This document shows, one piece after another, positions 38,423-50,215 of a stretch of DNA of 64,000 nucleotides. The notes under the pieces are model-generated. The model worked only from the letters and a program-made list of their open reading frames with translations, was not told the DNA's origin and did not search any database. The DNA is from Octopus bimaculoides (Eukaryota): contig NC_068984.1 of NCBI RefSeq assembly GCF_001194135.2, positions 59,049,002-59,113,001 on the forward strand. Reading direction: 5' to 3'. The first letter of the stretch is position 1, and every line of letters starts with the position of its first letter. The translations under genes and the position numbers were made by a program.

Positions 38423-38807
38423 TATTGTTATATTTCGGGATGATTAATATTTATTCTTCCCGAATAAACACATGCACTATATATCTGTTCTTCACTTGTT
38501 TATTTTTGTTCTTATTTTATCTTATGTCCATTGTCTTGAAACCTTTCATTACACATCTGTCACTGACCTCTTCAGTGACTCTTTTATCCCACATGTATCC
38601 CCCTGTTCTGTTTGGTCCATTCTCAGAGCAGGAAGATACATGTGGGATGGAAGAGTTGCTGAAGAGGCCACAGATGTGTGCCAAAAGATTTCCAGACAAT
38701 TTACATGTGATAAAAGAAGAAAGATAATAGATGAGTGAAGAACAAATATATAGTGCATGTGTTTTGTTGGTAAGAAAAAGAAATGACCGTCCGAAAATAT
38801 AACAATA
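38423..38807. repeat. ~385-bp fold-back (arms 38423-38610 and 38624-38807, ~80% identical by eye), each arm with a hammerhead-like core
   Basis: Right arm CTGAAGA-GGC CACA GA TGTG TGCC-AAAA. Left arm (rc) GAGTCA-CTGAAGA-GGTC..AAT-GAAA. Mirror ORFs in the track confirm the symmetry. Confidence 0.85.
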
Positions 38808-38879
38808 GATATTTATATCTCTTCACCAATGTACAACATTGTATGATATACACATGTATGTATAACTTATGCACAACAA

Positions 38880-39050
38880 CCAGACAACAGGTTATCCACA
38901 CACTTCCCATCTACCAAATTCCAGTCACAAAGTGATGGTCAACCTAAAGCCTGGTAGATGACACTTGGCCCTAGGTACCATGCAGTGGAATCAAATCCAG
39001 GAATATGTGGATGACTACAATGTGAACTTCTTCACCACATAGGCATGCCT
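38880..39050 (-). mobile_element. Degenerate SINE family B 5' half
   Basis: CCATCTACCAAATTCC..GACACTTG..CATGCAGTGGAATCAAATCC. Confidence 0.6.
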
Positions 39051-39086
39051 GAACCCATTCAATTGCAGCAATAAAGGCACACACAC

Positions 39087-39178
<92 letters not shown>

Positions 39179-39734
39179 NNNNNNNNNNCACACACACACA
39201 CACATATATATCATCATCATCATCGTTTAACGTCCGCTTTCCATGCTAGCATGGGTTATATATATATATATTTATTTATATATGTGTGTGTGTGTGTGTG
39301 TGTGAGTGGATAATGTGTTGAACTGTTTATACAAATGTCATGTATTTCTGTAGCATTGCTTTATGCAATTAAAAAAATCATAGGAAACAATTAAGGGTAA
39401 TTTATAATATAGAAAAGTCACCTATTTTGAAGTAAAACTGTTATTGAAGAGTAGTTAAAAGACTTGGGTTGTATAAAAATGAGCCATCATTGTGTTGTAT
39501 CCCTAGATAAGTTGTATAAACCCAGCATGCTTTAGTTTACATAACTGAAGAAAATGTTATTCCTCTTCAATGTTAAATGCTTTGTAGTAGGAAGGACATT
39601 CATTTCTTCAAATATTTGCTCTCATGAACATTTAGTGTAATGGCTGAAGCCATTACACTAAACTCGTTGGAAACTTACCCCCACAATCATTAGTTCTCAA
39701 TTCTTTCTTAAGCACAAAGCTTCTTTGGTAAATG

Positions 39735-40294
39735 GCAGGCCCTCAGCTTACTCAAGAAATGAAGAGGCATGCTGTTACTGTGGTTATAAAGGCTGAGCAT
39801 AGCGATTTAGAAATATCACGATTTTTAAAAGTTGTCAGGTCTTTCGTCTACAGTGTTTGTAAGGAGCTAGAGACTGAAGATAGAAATGTATAGAAATGAA
39901 GATAGAAAGATAGAAATGAAGATGGAAATGTATCACCAGTATCAAAGCATAAAAAGCATTCTGAACACTCTGAAATCATCAGAACACCTGAATTTATCCA
40001 ACAAGTTCAACAGACCATTGATTACAATCCCAGAAAGTCCATAAGGTCAGTTGCAAAAGATCTCCATGTGTCAGAAAGAGCAGTCAGAAATGTTGTCCAC
40101 AAAGACATCAGATAAGTCTTATATGATGAGGAAAGGTCAATTTGTCAGAAAAAGCAAAAGAAAATCACTACATCAGATCTAAAAGGCTCTTAAACAAACT
40201 GAAAAATCTAGCAGATTTCATTTGATTTTTCTCAAATGAGAAAAACTTCGACCAAAATCAAAAAGTTAATGGAAGAAATGACAGATGGTTATGT
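39735..40294 (+). mobile_element. Partial maT (DD37D) transposase copy, no TIRs seen
   Basis: About 90% identical by eye to the reverse complement of 41250-41770. Local tandem duplications at 39876-39932. Confidence 0.92.
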
Positions 40295-40520
40295 TATATA
40301 ATGTTAGTACTTACTAACAATATAAGTAATAATGTTAGTACTTACTTATATTGGAATCAATAAAAGCAAATTTAAATTCAAAAGTTTAACACACTAAACT
40401 GGAAAACATAAAACCTAATCCAGCACTGTATAGGGACTTCACTGTCCTATAGTTTTGGTAAATATTAAAACATGGATCTCCAGTATCAATAAAGACTGTT
40501 TTTCCATCATACCTGCAACC

Positions 40521-40555
<35 letters not shown>

Positions 40556-40644
40556 GTTTAACGTCCGTTTTCCATGCTAGCATGGGTTGGACGACCTGTG
40601 CTAGCAAAATTCTTTTTGCAATTTTGTTATGAACCATATATATA

Positions 40645-41867
40645 CAGCGTGTGAGTAAGGTATTTGAGGACAGATTTATGTTTATAAAAAAAAACAAATA
40701 TATAATAACAGATAATAACTCTGTTTATCAAAAAATGAAATGAGGATAAAAATAAACCTTTTCTGTAATGGTATTCAATAAAGTCACCTTCAGTTTCAAC
40801 AACTGCTTCTATATGAGATCTAAATCATCTACATGCTCAAATCAAGTAGTTCTGGTTCATTTTGGACAATACTCTGACTATGGCAGCTTTCAAAGAATCT
40901 TTGGTACACTCCACATGTAATAGTCCAATGGATTGAGATCTGGGAAATTAGGAGGCCAAATGTTAGAGGTTATGTGATCATAAAAAATTTTCGGCCATCC
41001 ATTCCTCTGTGTTACAAGAGTCATGTGTGATAGTGCAGGGTCTTGCTGAAACACATATGGCCTTCCATTACATACACTGTCTATTCAGGGCTTAACAATT
41101 ATTTCCAGGACCTTAATGTACACGGCAGAGTTAACTCTAAGGCCTTGTGGAAAGAAGTAAGGAGGCATTACATGTCCTTCATTGCTGACAACCCCTAGAA
41201 CCATGACAGTTGCAGGAAATTTTGTATGCATAACTTCAGAAGGGTCTGCACATAACCATCTGTCATTTCTTCCATTAACTTTTTGATTTTGGTTGAAGTT
41301 TTTCTCATTTGAGAAAAACGAAATGAAATCTTCTTCTGCTAGATTTTTCAGTTTAAGAGCCTTTAATATCTGATGTAGTGATTTTCTTTTACTTTTTCTG
41401 ACAAATTCACCTTTCTTCATCATATAAGACTTAGATCTGATGTCTTCATAGACAACATTTCTGACTGTTCCTTCTGACACATGGAGATCTTTTGCAACTG
41501 ACCTTATGGACTCTCTGGGATTGTAATCAATGGTCTGTTGAACTTGTTGGATAAATTCAGGTGTTCTGATGATTTCAGAGCATTTAGAATGCTTTTTATG
41601 CTTTGATACTGGTGATATGTTTCTATCTTCAGTCTCTAGCTCCTTACAAACTTTGTAGACGAAAGACCTGGCAACTTTTAAAAATCGTGATATTTCTAAA
41701 TTGTTATGCTCAGCCTTTATAACCACAGTAACAGCATGCCTCTTCATTTCTTGAGTAAGCTGAGGGCTTACCATTATTATTTTCTGAAACAAAGATTATA
41801 CAGAGTTAACAAAAAAATGCAGCAATGCTCCAAAAAAGGTAAATCCTCAAATACCTTGTACACCCTA
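40645..41867 (-). mobile_element. Full-length DD37D (maT) Tc1/mariner element with defective transposase
   Basis: Imperfect TIRs (..GTGT..AAGGTATTTGAGGA) at 40645-40670 and 41844-41867 with TA flanks. ORF 41085-41792, then W->stop, PYVFQQD..WPPNFPDLNPLDY. First catalytic D reads N (FSNEK). Confidence 0.92.
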
Positions 41868-41895
41868 TATATATGCGTGAGTGTGTGTAGATATA

Positions 41896-42254
41896 CAGTG
41901 ATACATCACAGTATGAGTTTAATTCATTCCATGACAGAGATTGTCTTATGATTTACTCATTTTATAAATCAATTTTCTCCATTGAAATTAACTAGAATAT
42001 AATTAATCTGTTCCAGCCCCCAAAAACTTCTCAAATGAAAAGGTGTAGATACAAGTAAAATGACAATTATAAAAAAGAGAATGCAAAAGAAATATGTAAA
42101 CTGGTTTTATTAACTGAATTACCTTAAAGATGGATGATTTGTGTGCTCGTACTGCAGATTTCCGCTCATACCTCAAGACAAAAATTCACAAAGATCTCGG
42201 CTTGTACAGTCAATTACTCATACAATGGGCCACTCATCCTGCGAGGTTCTACTG
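41896..42254. mobile_element. Tigger-type MITE
   Basis: TA|CAGTGATACATCACA left and TGCGAGGTTCTACTG|TG right. Internal TTCTCCATTGAAATTAA..AATTAATCTGTTCCAG is typical of Tigger-derived MITEs. Confidence 0.6.
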
Positions 42255-42536
42255 TGTGTGTATATATAGATATAGATATAGATATAGATATCCATCCATC
42301 TGAGAGCAGAATAAAACAGATGATTTGGTCAAAATCCTTAACATAACCTTAGAGTTTAACCAAATCCCTTTTATTTTGTTCTGGAATATACAGACTGTAA
42401 ATTATTCAAATGTATATAATACCAAAAGAAAATCATAGGGCAAATTATATTTAATACCTGATTGGAATTTGGATATACATGGATATCATGGTATTCTAAG
42501 CATTGGTTAAATGCTATGCTATCTCATTCGAAATGA

Positions 42537-42600
<64 letters not shown>

Positions 42601-43505
42601 CTGTAACTTGTTTTCAGTTTATCCTGTTGCTGTTGTTTTTATTTATAGTACAGCTTATTGGAATACATTAGCATAAATTTTTAATATTTTCTATAACATT
42701 ATATTAATTTAAAATCTGATTTATATTTTGTTTTCAAATCTGTACATTGGATATGTATATCTCTTTTAAATGTTTCTACTTGTATTAAACTTTCTCTTCT
42801 AATCCATGAGACAATGAGGACAAAAGCCTTTGAGGTAACTTCACCATTTTGACTTAACTTCAAACATTTTGAGCAAGCAAGGATAACCTTTAATGGTTGA
42901 TTGATCTGCAAGAAATAGCAGCCAAGTCTTCCTCATCTCACAGGTTACCATCTTGAAGGAAGGGCGCATTGGATAATGTGCTTCTAGACACATTATGTAT
43001 GAATAAAAGATGGGATGACCTCAGGTAGAATGCCTTTGATCATAAATCTGTTCAATCAAGCTGGTGTTAGTAACAACAGCAAACATTTTACTTTCAACTA
43101 TATTTGTTTTTCCCTTCTCCGGCTTCTTCAACTATTTTTCACCTTTCTTCTTCCATGCTTATTTGTTGTTCTCTCTAATGCCAAATCATTTTGAGTACCA
43201 CACAGTATAATAACTTGTAGCATTTATTTATAGCCTTATACATCCTGAGTTCAAATCCCACCTAGGTCAACTTTGTATTTTGTTCACAGGAGGTTGATAA
43301 AATAGTTATCAAGTACTGGGGTTGATTTTATTGACTCAAAAAATGTCCTCTTGCTTCTTCTTATGGTTTGTTTGTTTTTTTCACTTCTCCTCCTTCTCTT
43401 CTCTTATTCAACTACCTCACTTTCCTTGTTCATCTCCTCTTCACTATTCCCTCATGACCTCCTAAGCTAATCTCATTATTTCAAAAGTTATGTTCTATTT
43501 TCTAG

Positions 43506-43657
43506 GTGAAAAATCTTTTTGTATCTCAACCGTCCTTGACAAAGTACAATAAGGCTAGTTGATAATCTGAACCATCCTTGACATTCAGCAATAACGGAAA
43601 GTCTCTTGAATACTTCAAATTGCAAAACACACCACAAAATTCCACAATATGATCGAG
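43506..43657 (+). other. Candidate 152-nt exon (5' UTR ending in ATG ATC GAG)
   Basis: Acceptor TTCTATTTTCTAG|G with upstream GCTAAT, donor GAG|GTAATA. Stops in all frames before ATG at 43649 (A at -3). Confidence 0.3.
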
Positions 43658-44047
43658 GTAATATTTGATTTTTTTGTTTTTTAACAAGAAAGATAACCCA
43701 AAACAAAAACCGTTACCTCAAATTAATAATAATTTCAAAACTTTTAGGCATTTAAATTCTTTATGTCAAAATACACACATATACCCATGCATATACATTA
43801 AACAAAAATGTATAAACCTGAAAACACAAAGAGAAAGAAAAATAGTAACTAACAAAGCAATTAATATCTTTCTTTTCTTTCGGTTCTAATGAAACCCATG
43901 CAATTATAAACCAAGATATTCATTTTATATGAAAAATTGTGACCTCTTGCATTGTTGGTCACAGGATTCTTGTAATCAAGTTACTGATTTACATTATTGA
44001 TGGCAATTACATCCTTAATCAATATATGATGTAAGCATGTTATGTAT

Positions 44048-44290
44048 ATCATCATCATCATCATCATAGTCATTATTTAATGTCTCTTTTCCATGCTGGC
44101 TTGGGTCAGACAGTTTGACTGGAGCTGGTAAGCCAGAGAGCTGCATGAGGCTCCAGTCTATCTATGATTGGATGCCCCTCCTAATACCAACTATTCTTGA
44201 GAATGTACTGGGTGCCCTATATGTGTCACCAACACCGGTGTGTTTTACATGTCACTGGCATTGGTCACCACCATGGTTTACCTACATCGC
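44048..44290 (-). mobile_element. RTE tail/3' UTR fragment
   Basis: (CAT)n..TTTCCATGCTGGC..GGATGCCCCTCCTAATACCAAC. Confidence 0.75.
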
Positions 44291-44669
44291 TCTGTCAGTA
44301 GAGCATCAAACTTTAAATGTGTGTGTGTGTCTGTATGTATATATATATATATATAAATATATATATATATGTAAGACCTCAGATTTTATTCCACTGCATG
44401 GCATCTTGAGCAAATGTTATTTACCATAGCTTTGGGTTAATCAAAGCCTTGTGAGTAAAGGAAGGTAAAAAGAAAGTGGGTGAAAGCCCATCAGGTAGAA
44501 TATACCTGTAATTCAAAAGTCCAACTTTGTTGCACACTGATTCATGCTGTTTCTACCTGAAGATTACTTTCAGAGTACATGTGTCTCTGGAATACTCAAC
44601 CACTTGCATGCTAATTCAATGACTGGATAATCCAGTTGAATAAACAGTTGAATACTTATCATCAAAAAC

Positions 44670-45205
44670 TAATGCAGAAGCTTGCTTCCCAACCATGTAG
44701 TCTTGGGTTCAGTTTCATTGCATTGCACCTTGGGCAGATATCTTCCACTATAGTCCCAAGCAGACCAAATCCTTATGAGTGGATTTGGTATATGGAAACT
44801 GAAAGAAGCCGTTCTGTGTGTGTGCGTGGCTGTGTGGTAAGAAGTTTGCTTCACATCCTCATGGTTCCAGGTTCAGTCTCACTGGGTGGAACCCTGGGGA
44901 AATGTCTTCTACTATAGCCTTAAGCCAACCAAAGCCCTGTGAGTGGATTTGGTAGATAGAAACTGAAAGAAGGCTGTCATATATATGTGTGCGTGTGTGT
45001 GTATACATTCTCCACAACTGCTTGACTAGAGTTTGTATGTTTATGTCCCTGTAACTTGGCAGTTCAGCAAAAAGAATTCAATAAAATAAGTACCAGTTTT
45101 AACATTAAAATATCGATTGGGGTCAACTCATTTGATTAAAATTCTTCAAGGCAGTGCCCCAGCATGGCTGCAGTCTGATGACTGAAACAAGTAAAAGATA
45201 AAAGA
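44670..45205 (+). mobile_element. Head-to-tail SINE family B pair (5' half at 44670-44815, full copy at 44826-45205)
   Basis: Two successive CTTGGG(C/G)A(G/A)AT..CTTC..CTATAG..GTGGATTTGGTA..GAAACTGAAAGAAG blocks, one AAGTAAAAGA tail. Confidence 0.85.
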
Positions 45206-45299
45206 TATATGTACACACATACATACATATATATGTGCGTGCGTGTTGAGACATCACATGATGGCTGTAAATGAACATCACTATTTTACAAACATCATC

Positions 45300-45462
45300 T
45301 TCTATAAAAAACATGTCTGACCATGGTGAATATTACCCAACTTGGAAACAGGTGAGTGGTGGTGACAGGGAGAGCATCTGGCTGTAGAAAATCTGCCTCA
45401 ACAAATTTCATCTGATGCAAGCAAACATAGTGAAGTGGATGCTGAATAATGATGATATGATG
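45300..45462 (+). mobile_element. SINE-like family D with RTE-type (GAT)n tail
   Basis: GGAAACAGGTGAG..GCATCTGGCTGTAGAAAATCTGCCTCAAC..TGATGAT. A related minus copy lies near 22740-22860. Confidence 0.65.
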
Positions 45463-45493
45463 CTGTGTGTGTGTGTGTGTCCGTGTCCCCATA

Positions 45494-45533
<40 letters not shown>

Positions 45534-46038
45534 TNNNNNNNNNNNNNNNNNNNNNNNNNNNNNNNNNNNNNNNNNNNNNNNNNNNNNNNNNNNNNNNNNN
45601 NNNNNNNNNNNNNNNNNNNNNNNNNNNNNNNNNNNNNNNNNNNNNNNNNNNNNNNNNNNNNNNNNNNNNNNNNNNNNNNNNNNNNNNNNNNNNNNNNNNN
45701 NNNNNNNNNNNNNNNNNNNNNNNNNNNNNNNNNNNNNNNNNNNNNNNNNNNNNNNNNNNNNNNNNNNNNNNNNNNNNNNNNNNNNNNNNNNNNNNNNNNN
45801 NNNNNNNNNNNNNNNNNNNNNNNNNNNNNNNNNNNNNNNNNNNNNNNNNNNNNNNNNNNNNNNNNNNNNNNNNNNNNNNNNNNNNNNNNNNNNNNNNNNN
45901 NNNNNNNNNNNNNNNNNNNNNNNNNNNNNNNNNNNNNNNNNNNNNNNNNNNNNNNNNNNNNNNNNNNNNNNNNNNNNNNNNNNNNNNNNNNNNNNNNNNN
46001 NNNNNNNNNNNNNNNNNNNNNNNNNNNNNNNNNNNNNN

Positions 46039-46920
46039 TGGTCATTTGGCAAGAATGGATGAGGATTGCTGTGTGAAAAAGTGCCACAGGCTAGTGGTTG
46101 AGGGAACCTGTGGAAGAGGTAGACCCAGGAAGCCCTGGGATGAGGTGGTGAAGCACAACCTTCAAACATTAGGCCTCACCGAGGCAATGACTAGTGACCG
46201 AGACCTTTGGAAATATGCTGTGCGTGGGAAGACCCGGCAAGACAAGTGAGACCATAACCTGTGGCCTTTACCAGGGGTGTAGCCAGCCCACTTATGTGTA
46301 CCTTTCTTTCTTTGGACACAAAACCTTGCTTGCGAAGACCTGTTGAGGCAAGTGAAATTAAAATCGAAATTGAACCAAATTCGATGATTGGCACCCATGC
46401 CAACCTTCCTTCATTGGACACTAAACTCAGCTTGCGAAGACCTGTTGGGGCAAGTGAGATCGAAACTGAGTCAAATTCAATGACTGGCACCTGTGCCAGT
46501 GGAGTGCTAACAGCACCAACTGAGCGGGATCACTGCCAGAGCAGCGGTCTCGCTTCCGTGCCGGTGGCATGTAAAAAGCACCATTTGAGCGCGATCGTTT
46601 CCAGCTTCGCCTTACTGGCACTTGTGCCGGGTGGCATGTGAACAAAACATTGAACTGACACCTATGCAGGTGGCACGTAAAAAACACCATTTGAGCATAT
46701 CTGTTGCCAGTACCGCCGAACTGGCCCTCGTGCCAGTGGCACATAAAAAGCACCCACTACACTCTCGGAGTGGTTGACATTAGGAAGGGCATCCAGCCGT
46801 AGAAACTCTCCCAGATCAGATTGGAGTCTGGTGTAGCCATCTGGTTTGCCAGTCCCCGGTCAAATCGTCCAACCCATGCTAGCATGGAAAGCGGACGTTA
46901 AATGATGATGATGATGATGA
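46039..46920 (+). mobile_element. Young RTE LINE 3' end (ORF C-terminus to 46249, ~660-bp UTR, (GAT)n tail)
   Basis: GHLARMDEDCCVKKCHRLVVEGTCGRGRPRKPWDEVVKHNLQTLGL..DRDLWKYAVRGKTRQDK*. Ends CCATGCTAGCATGGAAAGCGGACGTTAAA(TGA)n. 5' part lies in the gap. Confidence 0.93.
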
Positions 46921-49102
46921 TATATATAAGCATACACACATATGATGTGCTTCCAAAGTTTTCATGTATCATATTCTACTCACAAGTTATTAGCCAATCA
47001 GAAGCTAGGGAAGATACTCTTGATAGGACACTGTTAATTCACATTTCCTGGACCTCATCGTTACAAAGCATTCTTCTCAACCACACCAACATGCTTGATC
47101 CCATATTTCATCTTAGTTCTTCATCAATCATTTTCTTTTTCCTGGTGCCTATATTTTTAACTGCATTTTTCTTTTATATCTATAGATATATATATATACA
47201 CACAAGCATAACTGCACATAAAATATGATATACTAACAAAATACACTGCAAAGCAGGCATAAGCATCCCCTTGTATGTGTACCTATGTGATCAATTAATC
47301 ATAATAGTATTTCTAATAATAAAAAACTAAATATTTACTCAACAATTCATGTAATGATTGCTAAGTAACTAGTTTTAGGTAAATTGTGTTGTAATTTTTC
47401 TTTTCAGAAAATGTTGACTTAACCAATGTTGATACTTTTATTATTCATGAGCTTTTTTTTATAGCAGTGTCCTGTTAGAAAGAGTAGAGCGTTGAAATAA
47501 ATGAATCTCAGCATTTAGATATGCTTCTCAGTTCTGAAATCAATTCCTTGCTAAAGTCAGTGTCTGATGTTACCTTTTATTACTGTAGTGGAGGTTGACA
47601 AAAAGAAATACCAGTCATACATTTGTATTGATTCAATTGACTATGTTCTCCACTGCAAATTTATGGTATTGTTCCAGTGTTAAAATATATAGAAAACAAT
47701 GTAATATAAGCCATTTTTGTGTGAGTATATGTCTTCTGTCATAGTATGACACAGTAACTTCATGGAGATGAAGTTCACCACTCAGTCCCCATTCCCAGTT
47801 AAAATTTATTTTCACTTCATTTAGATTAATACCTTTGAGAAAGGTATGAACATCACAACTTCTTATTCATGTGGGAATATAATTCTTAGTTTTATTACCT
47901 ATGTAAGATAATGGTGGTCTTGGCACTGGAGGTAGTGAGGATATATTTCCTACCTGCAATATAAACAAGAGTGCATTTTGCACCAAAAAGCCAATGTGAG
48001 AGTTGCTCTCATGGTAACTACCACAGTAAAATTTGTTCTAATAAAATATCCACATTTAAGTGCAGATAAATATTACCTGCAAGTATTAATGTTGTCTCTG
48101 TTGCTAATATATATTTGCCAATTATGAATTTTTCATGTGTCAAGCAGTAGTGGTAAACTCTTAGAAATAATCATTGAGTTTTGCTTTTTTTTTTGTTTGT
48201 TTCTTTTGGTGCAAGAGTAGTAGTAGTGGTGGTGGTGGGTCTCTCTACATATTTGTTTTTACTTTGCTTTCTATAAGGCTCCATGCATTAAAAAATGTGT
48301 TAATAATGGTTACATGCAGCCTAGGTGAAACTGGTGCACTTAGAATACAAGGACTCTGGAGAACTGCATGACTAGCATGGTTTTTGCATTTCACATTAAT
48401 TACAAAGAAATGTACATCAAGTCTATGTAAAATATATTATCATTTATAAGCTTTAGTTGTCTTGTTAGGTAATTCTGTGATGATAAACAGTGAAAATCAC
48501 ATATAGTTAACTCAAATATACAAGGTTTTGGGGAGTTTTTTTAAAGACATATTTATTTTTAGACAGTAATTGCTGAAGTATATATTTTCATTAAATGAGA
48601 AAATTGATTTATATTATTCTTCTTCACTAAAATATAAACCTTTGCAAGAGAAGCAACTATTCTCTCCGTTCTCTCAGCCTCGTCAAGATAAATAAAAAAA
48701 AAGGCAAAATCACTCAGGTATTATATATTTACAGAAATGAGTGCAATGTTAATTTCTGCACTAAACCCAATTTATAGTCTGAACTTACAGAGCAGCTTCA
48801 ATAAATCCCCGAAATAGCTAATGTTAAGAGATAAAAGTCAGCATTTTCATGTTTTGTCTATTAGTTTCAAAACTGTTATGATGCAGCAATCAGTTTTATC
48901 ATATCTACTTCTCTTTGTGCAATTATTAGAACTCTTAACCAAATAGCAAAATGAAAACAGATGATCATGCCTCTACTACCTCACTACATTACACATCAAT
49001 TATTACATGTTGGAGTATATAAGGTTTTCTCTGAATGCATTTAACTACAGCCCAATCCAGAAAACTATTGTTTTAGGTTGCTCCTAAATATTCAGCTTAC
49101 GC

Positions 49103-49505
49103 TTTACTCTTTTACTTGTTTCAGTCATTTGACTGCAGCCATGCTGGTGCACCGCCTTTAGTCGAGCAAATCGACCCCAGGACTTATTCTTTGTAAGCCT
49201 AGTACTTATTCTATCGGTCTCTTTTTTGCCGAACCGCTAAGTTACAAGGATGTAAACACACCAGCATCGGTTGTCAAGCTATGGTGGGGGAACAAACACA
49301 GACACACAAATACACACACATATATATATATACATATATATGACAGGCTTCTTTCAGTTTCCGTCTACCAAATCCACTCACAAGGCTTTGGTCGGCCCGA
49401 GGCTATAGTAGAAGACACATGCCCAAGGTGTCACGCAGTGGGACTGAACCCGGAACCATGTGGTTGGTAAGCAAGCTACTTACCACACAGCCACTCCTGC
49501 ACCTA
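49103..49505 (-). mobile_element. SINE family B, full length, well preserved
   Basis: Head GGTGCAGGAGTGGCTGTGTGG..GGGTTCAGTCCC, hinge (TA)n, tail AAGTAAAAGAGTAAA. Confidence 0.93.
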
Positions 49506-49611
49506 TAGATTTGTTAAGCTGTTAGTCAAATTTTCTTTTTTTTTTTATTGAGGTACAGCAGTTTCATTCAGTGAATTAATGGCAAACCTTAGTTATAGTA
49601 TTTTATATCTT

Positions 49612-49830
49612 GTTAAGGTGGCAAGCTAGCAGAATGTCACTGTGCCAGGTAAAATGCTAAGAAGCATTTCTCCTGACTTTATGTTCTGAGTTCAAATGCT
49701 ACTGGAGTTGACTTTCACTTTTCATCCTTTCAGGGTCGATAAAGTAAGTACCAGTTGAGCACTAGGGTCAATTAATTGACTTGGACCCACCTTCAAAACT
49801 ATTGGCCTTGTGTCAAAATTTGAAATCAGT
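49612..49830 (+). mobile_element. SINE family A
   Basis: GCTAGCAGAAT..GTTCTGAGTTCAAAT..CATCCTTTCAGGGTCGATAAAGTAAGTACCAGTTG. Confidence 0.85.
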
Positions 49831-50029
49831 ATTTTATATCTTGTAGCTGTGTCTCGAAATTCATTTAAATGTTTATTAAAAATAAAATATGTATTAAAGC
49901 AACAATAGTTTGAATATCTATTAGTAAATCCCACATACACATGCAGACACATATACATGAGTCTTTACTGTCTTGGGTCCTAGGACTCATAGCATTAGTT
50001 ACCTAGTTTCCATGGTATGTAAGCGATTG

Positions 50030-50215
50030 ATGTCACAACATTCTACCTGAACAGGACACCAACCCACTGCAGGATTTTCTCATTTACAGCTGTGTGGGCT
50101 GGAGCAACATGAAATGAAGTGTTTTGCTCAAGAGCACAACACAACTGGTCCAGGAATTGAAACTACAATCTTGCGATCATAAGTGCAACACCATACCCAC
50201 TAGGCCACATGCTTT
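50030..50215 (-). mobile_element. SINE family C
   Basis: Same motifs as 30420-30555. Confidence 0.8.

Larger units (their letters stand above)
10328..46038. other. Assembly gaps (N-runs): 10328-10405, 13735-13834, 15356-15818, 18592-18742, 24524-24716, 25547-25860, 39179-39188, 45535-46038
   Basis: Direct reading. Most abut microsatellites or homopolymers. Confidence 0.99.

Noticed and set aside
15249-46249. Long ORFs containing X runs
   Set aside because: Artefacts of reading through N gaps.
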